Assembly: GCA_964291655.2 (NCBI GenBank)
Contig: OZ219802.1
Span: forward strand, 1,344,001 to 1,408,000
Reading direction: 5' to 3'
Length of the DNA: 64,000 nt
DNA from: Chloroflexota bacterium
GTDB lineage: Bacteria; Chloroflexota; UBA11872; VXOZ01
Made by a program: the position numbers and the translations under genes
Part shown: one piece after another, positions 21,336 through 30,935 of the stretch
Position numbering within the stretch: position 1 is the stretch's first letter
Layout: each line of letters begins with the position of its first letter
The notes under the pieces: generated by a model
Database searches by the model: none
The model's input: only the letters and a program-made list of their open reading frames with translations
What the model was told of the DNA's origin: nothing

Positions 21336-22337
21336 ATGACCGAAATCGTTGCGATTGTTGCGAGGACCGGAGTAGTCGAACAAGGTGGTGTCAGGACGCG
21401 GATCACAAAAGAGGCAATTGAATCTATCCCAGAGCAGATCGGTGGAGACTGGGCTATACCCGTGGTACCTGACCATGACCCATTCTGCTTGCCTATCGGG
21501 AAAATAAGGGAAGCTTGGGTTGAACCGCACGGAGACGAGTACGCTGTAATTGCTCGCATGCACATTGAAGATGATCCATCGATTGAAGTGCACATTAGGT
21601 CCGGAGCTGAGCTCGTACACTTGAATTTTGAAGATTGTCCCAAACCTTTCATACAAAGAAGATACGGGCATACAGAGTTACCGACGGTTACCTTGTCAGT
21701 CGACTTGGCGAACTTCGACGATTTGGAAGACTACTCTGAATTCGCAAATGATGTCAGTCTAATAGACAACAGGATTATTTGTGACAGTGCAATAGGGCGA
21801 CACTCACTTGTACCTGAGCCTCTCATAAAGTTCGTGCTATCCGATCCGGAGATGTGCGCGGCCCTAGCGATTGGAGTGTGGGCCCTAAGAAGAGCCGAAA
21901 AATTCGTCCGCTACACTGTTGATGAGACACTAAGGAAGGTGGCAGACGGCATCTCTGACTCTCTAAGTATTAAGATTAGAGATATCTTGAGAGCATACAG
22001 AAGTCATCAATCAGAGCAGAGTAGTTCATCTGTAACCCAAATTGTTATACCAGGCAATACGGAACTGATCCTGCTAGTGAAAACGGACCTTGACGAAGAA
22101 TTCCCAACTCTAGATCTGAAAAAGCTAACGGCAGAGATGGAAATGTATGGTGACCTGTTGCAAGAAGCAAGCAGTGCTACTTTTGCTCGAGTAGGAGTTA
22201 ACGACTGGAAGCTCCAGTACCTAACTACACGAACGGGGAAGGTAGTCGCAACGCTCAACTGCCACGAGAGAACCAAGAAACTGATGCGTGACATGGAACG
22301 AGATCAGTGTTCAATAGATTTCTCTTCGGGAGATTGA
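21336..22337 (+). CDS. Hypothetical protein (AT-richer; N-terminus resembles phage prohead-protease fold)
   Basis: 333-aa ORF with GGAGGA SD; motif IPVVPDHD...PIGKIREAWVE. Confidence 0.75.
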   Translation: MTEIVAIVARTGVVEQGGVRTRITKEAIESIPEQIGGDWAIPVVPDHDPFCLPIGKIREAWVEPHGDEYAVIARMHIEDDPSIEVHIRSGAELVHLNFEDCPKPFIQRRYGHTELPTVTLSVDLANFDDLEDYSEFANDVSLIDNRIICDSAIGRHSLVPEPLIKFVLSDPEMCAALAIGVWALRRAEKFVRYTVDETLRKVADGISDSLSIKIRDILRAYRSHQSEQSSSSVTQIVIPGNTELILLVKTDLDEEFPTLDLKKLTAEMEMYGDLLQEASSATFARVGVNDWKLQYLTTRTGKVVATLNCHERTKKLMRDMERDQCSIDFSSGD

Positions 22338-22426
22338 CTTAGCCTGCGGCTTGCCAGCGGCATACAAGTGAGCGCTTGTGTCAGACCCCCAATGAGGATT
22401 TCACCCCTGTCTGCACCAGAATAGGG

Positions 22427-22594
22427 TTATTTTTTCTTCGGCGGCGGGGGTGGAGGCGGGGGCGGCTTGACGGCTTGCAGGAGATTGGACGAGTCTGCCG
22501 GGTCCTGGGAGCGGCCAAAAGCGGCGCGCTTGCGCGCGGGCTGAGCTTGCAACGCTCTGCGCCTCTTTGGCGAAGGGTTCGGTTCTTTAGCCAT
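22427..22594 (-). CDS. Small basic proline-rich protein (55 aa)
   Basis: GGAGGT SD 6 nt before ATG; MAKEPNPSPKRRR...KPPPPPPPPPKKK. Confidence 0.55.
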   Translation of the reverse strand: MAKEPNPSPKRRRALQAQPARKRAAFGRSQDPADSSNLLQAVKPPPPPPPPPKKK

Positions 22595-22699
22595 GGGTTT
22601 ACCTCCGGACACGTTACACGTTCTCACTGCTGCACCTTTCACGTAAAACGCAAAAGCACGCTGGAGTGCAGCGTGCTGACCAGATGCTTTTGCGTTGTG

Positions 22700-22774
22700 T
22701 GGTGGCGGGGGTGAGACTCGAACTCACAACCTAGGGCTTATGAGTCCCCCGCTCTGCCTTTGAGCTACCCCGCC
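22700..22774 (-). tRNA. tRNA-Met (CAT), elongator type
   Basis: GGCGGGGTAGCTCAAAGGCAGAGC...CTCATAA...GTTCGAGTC...CCCCGCCACCA; G1-C72 paired, CCA encoded. Confidence 0.92.
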
Positions 22775-22831
22775 AAGTCGTGCCTGCGCCTGCTTTGTAC
22801 CTCTGCATCGTAATGACGTCCTGTCGATTCA

Positions 22832-22975
22832 CCCTCACCCCGGCCCTCTCCCTCAGGGAGAGGGGGTCTTCCCTGGTCTTAGCCCTCTCTCAAGGAGAAG
22901 GGTTTTCCCTGAACATAGCTCTCTCCCTCAGAGAGAGAGTTGCCCTGGACACAGCCCTCATCTTAAGGAAGAGGG
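22832..22975. repeat. Four tandem degenerate CCCT...CTCTCCC..GGGAGAGGG hairpins between the two tRNAs
   Basis: Units start at 22832, 22871, 22907 and 22943. Confidence 0.75.
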
Positions 22976-23093
22976 AGCAAACCCGGAGCTTGGACTTGCG
23001 AGTGGACTACGTTGAAAGGTGCCAAATCACCGCTGCGAATACCGGCAAAGACGGATGCCATCTAGCGGTACCACGGCGGCAGACGCAAACAAG

Positions 23094-23166
23094 TGGGCCC
23101 ACCTGGATTCGAACCAGGGACCTTCTCCTTATGAGGGAGCAGCTCTAACCACTGAGCTATGGGCCC
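23094..23166 (-). tRNA. tRNA-Ile2 (CAT, lysidine type), probable
   Basis: GGGCCCATAGCTCAGTGGTTAGAGC...CTCATAA...GGTTCGAATCC...GGGCCCA; acceptor and D-arm resemble ileX-type tRNAs; no encoded CCA. Confidence 0.85.
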
Positions 23167-23203
23167 CGGCCACGCCGCTTTGCAGCACGCGTGACTCCCT
23201 TGC

Positions 23204-23233
23204 ATTATACGAAGCCGTTCACAGCAGCGTCAA
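23204..23233 (-). promoter_or_regulatory. Sigma70 promoter for the tRNA pair
   Basis: Minus strand TTGACG-N18-TATAAT, 37 nt upstream of the tRNA. Confidence 0.7.
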
Positions 23234-23418
23234 TTGAGGCGCGCGCTACACAGACGCTACCCAGAATTGCAATGCGTGGTCGGCTTAGCCGGAACGCCTA
23301 TTGGATTCAAGCGTGGTACCATGCTGGCAAAGCGCCGGGACAGGCGCCGGCACGGTATGTGCGTGACTCTCACCAATTCAGGCGCATCAAATGTCAGAGA
23401 ACAAGGGGAGACCTCTCG

Positions 23419-24372
23419 ATGGCTCGGTTTCTTACGGAAGAAGACGTGCGGCAACTACTGCCAATGGATGAAGCGCTGGAACAGGTGGAGGCCTGTTTTC
23501 GTGCGCTCGGCACAGGGCAAGCGCGCAACCAGCCGCGCCGCCGCATCCGCATGCCCGGCGGCATGATGCACGTGATGTCCGCCGGCGACAGGGGGCTCGG
23601 CGTCTTTGGGCACAAGGTCTATACCACCACGCGGCAGGGCGCAAAATTCCTGGTTACGCTCTACAGCACGGAAGACGGCCGGACGCTCGCGGTGCTGGAA
23701 GCCGGACTGATCGGCGCGATCCGCACGGGGGCTGCCAGCGGCATTGCGACCAAGTACCTGGCAAATCCCAATGCGTCGGTGCTGGGCGTACTCGGCACAG
23801 GCAAGCAATCGCCGACGCAGATTCAGGCGATCTGCGCGGTGCGGCCAATCTCGCAAGTGCTCGTGTACAGCCGGAACGCGGAGCGGCGCGAGGCATTTGC
23901 GGCGGAGATGGCGGACGCACTGGGCATTCCGGTGACGGCGGCGAGCAGCGCACAAGAGGCCGTCGAGCCCGCCGACGTGGTGGCGGCCATTACCGCTAGC
24001 AAACAACCGGTGCTGGCAGGCGCGTGGCTCAAACCCGGCGTCCACGTGAACGCTGCCGGCAACAACATGCTCACGGAGCAGGAAGTGGATGCTGATGTCT
24101 TCCGGCGCGCGTGGCTCGTCACCACCGATTCGCTTGAGGGCGCCAAGATCGAATGCGGCGACCTGCTGGCGGCGGTAGACCCGGGCATCGTGCAGTGGGA
24201 GGACGTGATCGAGATCGGCCAGGTCGTGGCAGGACGGCACCCGGTTGATCGCCCGGACGACGCGATTACGGTCTACGAGTCGCAGGGCATCGCGGCGGAA
24301 GACCTCTATGCCGCCGTACATGTGCTGCGCAAGGCGGAGGCACAGGGGATCGGGACAGAACTGCCGTTCTAG
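23419..24372 (+). CDS. Ornithine cyclodeaminase/mu-crystallin family protein
   Basis: [43 protein letters not shown]; GGGGAG SD. Confidence 0.92.
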   Translation: MARFLTEEDVRQLLPMDEALEQVEACFRALGTGQARNQPRRRIRMPGGMMHVMSAGDRGLGVFGHKVYTTTRQGAKFLVTLYSTEDGRTLAVLEAGLIGAIRTGAASGIATKYLANPNASVLGVLGTGKQSPTQIQAICAVRPISQVLVYSRNAERREAFAAEMADALGIPVTAASSAQEAVEPADVVAAITASKQPVLAGAWLKPGVHVNAAGNNMLTEQEVDADVFRRAWLVTTDSLEGAKIECGDLLAAVDPGIVQWEDVIEIGQVVAGRHPVDRPDDAITVYESQGIAAEDLYAAVHVLRKAEAQGIGTELPF

Positions 24373-24510
24373 CCGCCGGGCACACGCGGCCTCGTGTGGT
24401 CTTCATGCGAAGCGCGTGGGCCTGGTTAATGCAGCCTTGGGAATGCGTTGCCTTCGATGCAGTCACGCCGTCTTCGACAAGGTCGTTCGATCCTCGCTGC
24501 CAGGACGTTG

Positions 24511-24781
24511 CCCGGGGGCTTGGCCCCCGCTCCTTGCCGATCACAAGGAGGAGCGGGTTGCCGTGCTTATACGGAGAGGATGGATTCCCGCGTGCGCGGG
24601 AATGACGGACGATGCGCCTCTCCCGTTGGCCTCTCACACTCGTTCATTTGGAGGACTTCTATAGCATAATAATGATGGGCCGGGGACGCAGGTTTGAAAC
24701 CTGCGCTACCAAGACAAGTCATCGCACACGTTAGCGACAAGAATAGGGCGGCTCCTTGTAGCGCGGGGGCTTGTCCCCCGC
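24511..24781. repeat. Cluster of palindromic repeats
   Basis: GGGGGCTTGGCCCCC near 24514, GGATTCCCGCGTGCGCGGGAATGAC near 24582, CGCAGGTTTGAAACCTGCGCTAC at 24687, GTAGCGCGGGGGCTTGTCCCCCGC at 24758. Confidence 0.8.
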
Positions 24782-24879
24782 TCCTTGCCGAGCTTGCTGC
24801 AGATTATCTTGAAAGAGGTGCTTGCCACACCGTTGCCATTCAACGGAGGCAATGTTCGCTGCCTCCGCCGCAGACACTT

Positions 24880-25431
24880 TCAAAGCCCCAATTCGTCGGA
24901 AATTCCCTGCAATGCCGTCAGGTTGATGGCGGCGAATTCCGGCAGCGTAAAGCCGATCCCGCTGCAGGTCTCGATCTCCTCGCGCTTGGCAGAGGCGGCA
25001 AACGCCTTTTCCTTGTACTTGCGCATCACGAATTTTGGCGTGACCGACGCGAGCTTTTTGTCGGGACGCACCAGCGCGCAGGCGATGATGAGGCCGGAGA
25101 GGTTGTCGCAGGCGTAGAGGGCCTTATCCATCAGGCTTTCGCGGGGCACGCCGTGTTCGTCGCTGTGAGCTTGAACGGCATGGATCACGCGGGGATCGCA
25201 GTTGCGCTCCTCCAGCAGTTTCGCCATCAGCAGCGTATGCTGGGCCGGGTCCTTTTCCGTGGCTTCATAGTCAGCGTCGTGCATCAGGCCCGCCAGGCCC
25301 CACAGGTCTTCGTCTTCACCGAAGTGCCGCGCCAACTCACGCATGCACGCCTCTACGGCGAGGCAGTGCTTCACGAGATTCTTGTTCTTGAGCAATTCAA
25401 GGACGAGTTCCATGCCTTCTTCACGAGTCAT
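24880..25431 (-). CDS. HDIG/HD-domain protein
   Basis: KHCLAVEA.M, GLMHDADYE, AH, LYACD.LSGLI.A..LVRP. Confidence 0.9.
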   Translation of the reverse strand: MTREEGMELVLELLKNKNLVKHCLAVEACMRELARHFGEDEDLWGLAGLMHDADYEATEKDPAQHTLLMAKLLEERNCDPRVIHAVQAHSDEHGVPRESLMDKALYACDNLSGLIIACALVRPDKKLASVTPKFVMRKYKEKAFAASAKREEIETCSGIGFTLPEFAAINLTALQGISDELGL

Positions 25432-25755
25432 AGTCTGCGTGCTCCCGTAAGTGTTATCGCGCTACTCGCCTCTCCCGGAGCCCTATTGGCCTTCGGGAAT
25501 GCGGGCAAGCTATCGAGCCAGATAATGCAGGTCAAACGCCGAGTGCAGTATAGCAAGAGATCCGCGCATGCGCAGCCAACCATGCAGATGCAGACGCTTC
25601 ATGCAGGCCGGTTGGTGAGTGCGTACCCGTCGAAGCATCGACGTAGACAATAGGTAACAAAAGAGAGTGGATACTCACACAAATTCACAATCTGGCAACA
25701 ATCCCAAGATAGTTTTAGAGTGAGCACATAGATACTTTACAATCGTAGGGGAGGA

Positions 25756-26493
25756 ATGCGCTTGGATTCACAAACGATGATGAAATTTTCACGTCACTTC
25801 CTCCGACGGAGAGCGCTCCTCATACCGTTGGCGGCGGTGCTGGCAGCATGTAGCGGCCTGGGACGGAATAATACAGAAGAGCGAGCGACCCTATCGCAAG
25901 GGGCCGATGACGCCCCAACACCTGCCGCATCGGCACAAGCGCGGCCGTCTGCTGAGCAGTCGACGGCTGTCACACAGTCCGTCGCTGCAACAAAATTGCC
26001 TGCCACACCGGCATGTGAAGATGACGACGATCCCACGCCACCCCAAACTGCAGGCCCGTTCCACACGCCCAACACGCCGCTACGGACCTCGCTGCTGGAA
26101 TCCGGCTTCGCCGGTACCCGGCTGCTGCTCTCAGGCCAGGTGCTCTCCACGCAGTGCACGCCGCTTGCGGGCGCGCTGCTCGACTTCTGGCACACCAACG
26201 ACGCGGGTGAATACGACAACGAAGGGTACACTTTTCGCGGCCACCAGTTTGCCGACGACGCGGGACGCTTTACGTTGGAAACCATCGTCCCCGGCGTCTA
26301 TCCCGGTCGCACGCGCCACATTCACGTGCGCGTGCAAGCCCCGAACCAGCCTATCCTTACCACCCAGCTCTACTTTCCGGGGGAATCCGGCAACCAGGGC
26401 GACGGCATCTTCGATCCCGCCCTGCTCGTGAAGCTGGCAGATGCGGCGAACGGCAAAGAGGCCCAGTTCACCTTCGTGCTGGACGTGCCGTAA
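25756..26493 (+). CDS. Secreted intradiol ring-cleavage dioxygenase-like protein
   Basis: RRR/LAAC signal; GPFH, GALLDFWH....GEY, RG.QF.D..G.F...TI.PG.Y..RTRHIH, TTQLYF. Confidence 0.85.
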   Translation: MRLDSQTMMKFSRHFLRRRALLIPLAAVLAACSGLGRNNTEERATLSQGADDAPTPAASAQARPSAEQSTAVTQSVAATKLPATPACEDDDDPTPPQTAGPFHTPNTPLRTSLLESGFAGTRLLLSGQVLSTQCTPLAGALLDFWHTNDAGEYDNEGYTFRGHQFADDAGRFTLETIVPGVYPGRTRHIHVRVQAPNQPILTTQLYFPGESGNQGDGIFDPALLVKLADAANGKEAQFTFVLDVP

Positions 26494-26776
26494 ACACGCG
26501 GGTGCAATGACTATTGTATGGTCGATCCGCAAGCGAGCTGGAGTGTCCCCCACCGCTGGCCTATAACGGTTGTTCCTCTGTCGACACCGCATTGCGCACA
26601 TAAACGCCCCCGTTTGAGCAACCTAGCGGACGCGCAAGAGCACAATGCCGGCGTCTGCGTACAGGCTTGGGTGTGGCTCCCACGGCGGCAAGGTTTACCC
26701 GGTATGCGGTGCTATACTGTAATGAAGTGAGCCAGCAGCAAGTGTTCCAGTCAACGGGGGACAAAGGAGTCGCCGG

Positions 26777-27379
26777 ATGGTCGGACGAATAGTCACGGGT
26801 CTCGTAGTCATCTTGGCGGCGATGGCGCTGGTCGCGTGCGATACGGCATCAACGGCTACGCAATCGGCAGCATCGCAGTCGCCGCTCGCCTCTCTGCCAA
26901 GCCTGGATGAGATCTCCCGGGAGGCAGAGCCCGGCCTTTACACCCAGGCCTTCGTGGCGGAGGCGATACGGCGCTACGACGCCGACGGGCGCGAAGCCAC
27001 GCTCGCGCACTTCAACAATCCGGCAAGCGTGGACGGCGAGTGGTACATGTTCATCATCGGCGAAGACGGTGAAGTGCTGGCGCATTCATCTATTCCGGAG
27101 AACGTCGGGCTCTTTGTAAGGAAGCCACTGGGGGTCGACGCCAACGGCTACGACTTCGGCACAGACATGCTCGCAGCCACCGAACAGGGAAGCTGGGTGA
27201 GCTATGTCTATGAAAATCCGGCCAGAGACAACTTGCTCGAGACTAAGCACGCGTGGGTAGTCAAACATGACGGCTTGATCTTCGCCTCCGGCTGGTATCA
27301 AGTCGACCGCTACGACGCCCCGCCGCAGCAGCGACCGCCGACCGATCCGAATAAGGTGATTGCGCAATCCGGGCATTGA
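26777..27379 (+). CDS. Single Cache-domain lipoprotein
   Basis: Lipobox LVAC; DGEWYMFII, G.WVSY...NP, KH.WV..HDGLIF.SGWY. Confidence 0.8.
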   Translation: MVGRIVTGLVVILAAMALVACDTASTATQSAASQSPLASLPSLDEISREAEPGLYTQAFVAEAIRRYDADGREATLAHFNNPASVDGEWYMFIIGEDGEVLAHSSIPENVGLFVRKPLGVDANGYDFGTDMLAATEQGSWVSYVYENPARDNLLETKHAWVVKHDGLIFASGWYQVDRYDAPPQQRPPTDPNKVIAQSGH

Positions 27380-27655
27380 CGTGCTTGCATGTCCATTGGC
27401 GGACGCCATTCACTCGGATAGATCCCAGCCATTGATTGACGGCCAAGTAGGCGACTCAGTGAATCACAAAGAGTTGGATCCCCGCCTGGCGACGACGCAT
27501 ACGCTGAGCCGAAAGAGCGGTCACTCGCGGACTGAGATACACCGCAGTGCGTAGTGAACGACGCAAGGCCATCCCCAATGACGCTTCCCCAGAGGTGATC
27601 GCGGAGACAATTTCCGCCTCATGCGATTGAACGAGGCGCTGCTAGGAGCAAGGAC

Positions 27656-28126
27656 ATGCCCGGCAAGACATCGAAGAAGCCAGGCAAGACCGCCAAGAAG
27701 CCGTTACCCAGGTCTGCTGACGGCAAGGTAGTCCTGCTTTCCGGCGGCAATCCGCAGATCGCGAAGGCCGATGGCGATGCGCCCGTGCAGAAGTACATTG
27801 CGTATATGCCGGGTTGGAAGAGCGACCTGGGTCGCCGCCTCGACTCGGTCATCGAGCGCGAGGTGCCGAATGTGCAGAAGTGCGTGCGCTGGAATTCGCC
27901 CTTCTACGGCGTTGAGGGCATGGGCTGGTTCCTGAATGTCCACGTCTTCACCCACTACGTCAAGGTGACCTTTCTCAAAGGATCACTGATGGAATCTCAA
28001 CCGCCGGGCTCCGGCAAAGACCCGGACGCGCGCTGGATCGACATCTACGAGGACGCATTCGACGAGGAACAGTTTGCGGAGTGGGTGCGACAGTCAGCGG
28101 CCCTGCCCGGCTGGGACCTGCGGTGA
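27656..28126 (+). CDS. DUF1801 (YdhG-like) protein
   Basis: LLSGGNPQIAKADGDAPV, VRWNSPFYG, F..YVKVTF..G. Confidence 0.8.
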   Translation: MPGKTSKKPGKTAKKPLPRSADGKVVLLSGGNPQIAKADGDAPVQKYIAYMPGWKSDLGRRLDSVIEREVPNVQKCVRWNSPFYGVEGMGWFLNVHVFTHYVKVTFLKGSLMESQPPGSGKDPDARWIDIYEDAFDEEQFAEWVRQSAALPGWDLR

Positions 28127-28312
28127 CTCTTAGCGGGTTCTGTGGTTTTTCGTTGCCGGAAAAGTGCCATCTGAGTGAAGAAACACTACGGGTTTTGGCG
28201 CACAGAGTCGCACGGTTCACTTTCCGATCTCCTTGCTGTGTTGGCAGAACGCCCGGTGGATAAATGAAGTACGTCGATGAGCAGCAACGCACATTACCGG
28301 CAGCGCCGGAAT

Positions 28313-28554
28313 TATAAATGTCAGGTAATTCGTTGACAGATTTGAGAACAAAAGCAACTGAACGCAGTACTCTACATGAACAGTACACATGTCATTCCGA
28401 ACGGAGCGCAGCGAAGAGAGGAATCTAAGATGTTGAGCCTACTGGGCGACACGTTGCATGGGCCCTAGATTCCTCGCTCCGCTCGGAATGACATGATCTG
28501 TCAACACTGCCAATTTGGAAGAGTATTCTGTCAACGATTTACTCAACACTTACA
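28313..28554 (+). mobile_element. TGT...ACA MITE copy 3 (242 bp), TSD GGAAT
   Basis: Nearly identical to copy 2; left end reads TAT. GGAAT at 28308-28312 and 28555-28559. Confidence 0.9.
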
Positions 28555-28633
28555 GGAATGACGGATTGTGCAATCGTCTCCTTGAAGGCGACTAGCCAGA
28601 ACTCTAGACCTGCTGGAAAGGCCAATACGAGCA

Positions 28634-30169
28634 GTGGAGTCACAATCAACCACGACATTTCAACCGTTTCGCGACCAGCTTGAAACGGCGTTCGATCAGT
28701 TTGCGCAGCGGCCGGCGCTGACGTATCAGGACGCGACGTGGACTTATGCCGAGCTGGACGCGCGCACCCGCGCGGCGGCGAGGTACCTGCAAAAGCAGGG
28801 CCTGCGGTCGGGCGAGCGGGTGATCCTCTACACGGCGGACAAGCGCGCGCTGCTGCTGGCGCACCTGGGCGCGATCCGGGCGGGCGGCGTCTCGCTGCCG
28901 CTGAATTCAAAGTTTACGCCGCGCGAGATGGAATACTACGCCCGGGACAGCGGTGCGGTGCTCGCGGTGGGCGGCAACGCCGAATTGCCGGTGCTGCAGG
29001 CGCTGGTGGACGACGCGGAGACCCCGCTCAAAGGCGTGCTACATGCCGATGAATTCCTGGCGTTAGAGCCGCAAGCCACGGTCTCTTTGCCGGATTCCAC
29101 CGCAGCGGACTGGGCGCTGCTGCTCTACTCGTCCGGCACTACCGGCCAGCCCAAGGGCGTGGTGCACACGCACGCCAATCTCGGCGCGGCGGTGCGCTCG
29201 CTGGCTGACTGCTGGGCGTTTACGCCGGACGACGTGCTCGTGAATGTGCTGCCGTTCTTTCATATCCATGGCCTCTCGTTTGCCAGCCACGTGAACTTCC
29301 TCACCGGCGCCCATATGCTGATGGCCGACCAGTTTCACCCGGTGCGCACGTTGGACTTCATCGACCGCGCCACGGTCTTCATGGCCATTCCGCCCATGTA
29401 CTACCAGTTCTTGAACCGGCCGGAGTTTCGCTCCCACGCGGAAAACTGGTCGCACGTGCGGCTGTTTACGTGCGGTTCCGCACCAATTCGTCCCGAAGTG
29501 CTACCGGAACTGGAAGGTATTTTGAAGAGTCCGCTCATTAACCGGTATGGGATGACCGAGAGCCACGTGATTGCCAGCCTGCCCATCGACAAGCCCAGCG
29601 TGCAGGGCTCGGTGGGACTGCCGCTGGACGGCGTCGAAATGACCATGGTCGAGGATGGCTCCACCACCAAGGACGGCCACGCCGTAGGCGAGGTGCACGT
29701 GCGCGGCCCGGTGATCTTCGACCACTATCTCAACCGGCCGGAAGCCACCGCTGAGGCCTTTGCCCACGAGGGATTTTTTGCCACCGGCGACCTAGGTTTT
29801 TTGAATCACCAAGGGTACTTGACGCTCATCGGGAGAAAGGTCGACCTCATCATCACCAAGGGCTTCAATGTCTACCCGCCCATGGTCGAGCGCGTGCTCA
29901 ACGATTGCCCCGGCGTGAAGGAGTCCGCCGTGTTCGGCCTGCCTGACGACCTGCGCGGGGAAAAAGTGGTGGCCGTGGTGGTGAAAGACCCCGAGGCAGC
30001 GCAAGAGGCAACGCCCCGCAACATCCGCGACTTCTGCCGCGAACGCAGCGTGGACTACCAGGTGCCGTCCGACGTCTACTTCGCGGAAGAACTCCCCCGC
30101 AACGCCATGGGCAAGGTGCTGAAACGCGAACTGCGCGACGGCTTGCTGTCGGAGGGTGGCAAGCGGTGA
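28634..30169 (+). CDS. AMP-dependent acyl-CoA synthetase (malonyl-CoA synthetase-like)
   Basis: YSSGTTGQPKG, LPFFHIHGL, RYGMTE, F.TGDLG, PRNAMGKVLK. Confidence 0.92.
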   Translation: MESQSTTTFQPFRDQLETAFDQFAQRPALTYQDATWTYAELDARTRAAARYLQKQGLRSGERVILYTADKRALLLAHLGAIRAGGVSLPLNSKFTPREMEYYARDSGAVLAVGGNAELPVLQALVDDAETPLKGVLHADEFLALEPQATVSLPDSTAADWALLLYSSGTTGQPKGVVHTHANLGAAVRSLADCWAFTPDDVLVNVLPFFHIHGLSFASHVNFLTGAHMLMADQFHPVRTLDFIDRATVFMAIPPMYYQFLNRPEFRSHAENWSHVRLFTCGSAPIRPEVLPELEGILKSPLINRYGMTESHVIASLPIDKPSVQGSVGLPLDGVEMTMVEDGSTTKDGHAVGEVHVRGPVIFDHYLNRPEATAEAFAHEGFFATGDLGFLNHQGYLTLIGRKVDLIITKGFNVYPPMVERVLNDCPGVKESAVFGLPDDLRGEKVVAVVVKDPEAAQEATPRNIRDFCRERSVDYQVPSDVYFAEELPRNAMGKVLKRELRDGLLSEGGKR

Positions 30170-30260
30170 TGGCTTGTTGGGGAATCCGCGGACTCGATAC
30201 TGAGATGTATTGAAAGGCGAGGTATATAGGGGAGTCCTGTGGAAACCAACTGCCTGGGCT

Positions 30261-30474
30261 GTCATACCTTCGACTGCGCTCAAGACAGGTCTGAGGAGCC
30301 TTGCGACAAGCCTGTCTTGAGCCTGCCGAATGGCTCAGTCTAAACTCCGCGACGAAGAATATAGAATGCATGCGCTTTAGATTCCGCGAACCCTGTTCGA
30401 CGCTACGCTCGGAATGACATTCCAATGGAACATGGAATCGATAGCTATTCGTAGCGCGGGGGCTTGTCCCCCGC
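30261..30474. repeat. Nested mosaic of palindromic repeats
   Basis: GTCAT..CTGAGGAGC...GCGACGAAGAAT interrupted by CCTTCGACTGCGCTCAAGACAGG and its inverse; GGAATGAC at 30411; GTAG repeat at 30451. Confidence 0.7.
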
Positions 30475-30618
30475 CTCTTGATTCAGACGTGAGGCCAGGT
30501 CGCCAAACGTCCCTCCCTCTACCCCCTATCGCCAATGCAGGCTACACTAGAAAGGTGGCCCGACAACGCAGACGCGGCCCACATTCCAAGAAAGATGGAT
30601 TCCCGCTTTCGCCGGATT

Positions 30619-30860
30619 TGTAGGTGTTGAGTAATTCGTTGACAGAATTCGCTTTACATTCTGAGGAGTTGACGGTGCATGTCATTCCGAGCGGAGCGAG
30701 GAATCTAGGGTCCCTGCTCAACGCACTTTAACGGCTTCAGCACACTAGATTCCTCTCTTCGCTGCGCTTCGTTCGGAATGACATGTGTACATGTCATGTC
30801 TAACTCTGCGAAAGGTTGCTTTTGTTCTCAAATCTGTCAAAGAATTACCTGACATTTACA
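30619..30860 (-). mobile_element. TGT...ACA MITE copy 4 (242 bp), TSD GGATT/GGAAT
   Basis: Reverse orientation; empty site GGATTCCCGCTTTCGCCGGAATGACGG. Confidence 0.9.
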
Positions 30861-30935
30861 GGAATGACGGGTTGAGATTGCCACCCATACGAAACTAAAG
30901 ACCAACTGGAACAACCGGCATAACCAACGAAGATC

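Noticed and set aside
17400-22700. tRNA-Met-integrated genomic island
   Set aside because: Cargo looks foreign, but I found no integrase and no duplicated tRNA 3' end near 17.4-17.6 kb.
22730-22752. A31-G39 mismatch in the tRNA-Met anticodon stem as a sign of a pseudo-tRNA
   Set aside because: I recall the GGGGACTCATAAGCCC arm from other bacterial elongator tRNA-Met genes, and the rest of the cloverleaf is intact.
24694-25653. Long alternative-strand ORFs (also 576-1583, 44778-45734, 61451-62464 and others)
   Set aside because: Antisense shadows of well-supported genes in GC-rich DNA, with no recognisable motifs.
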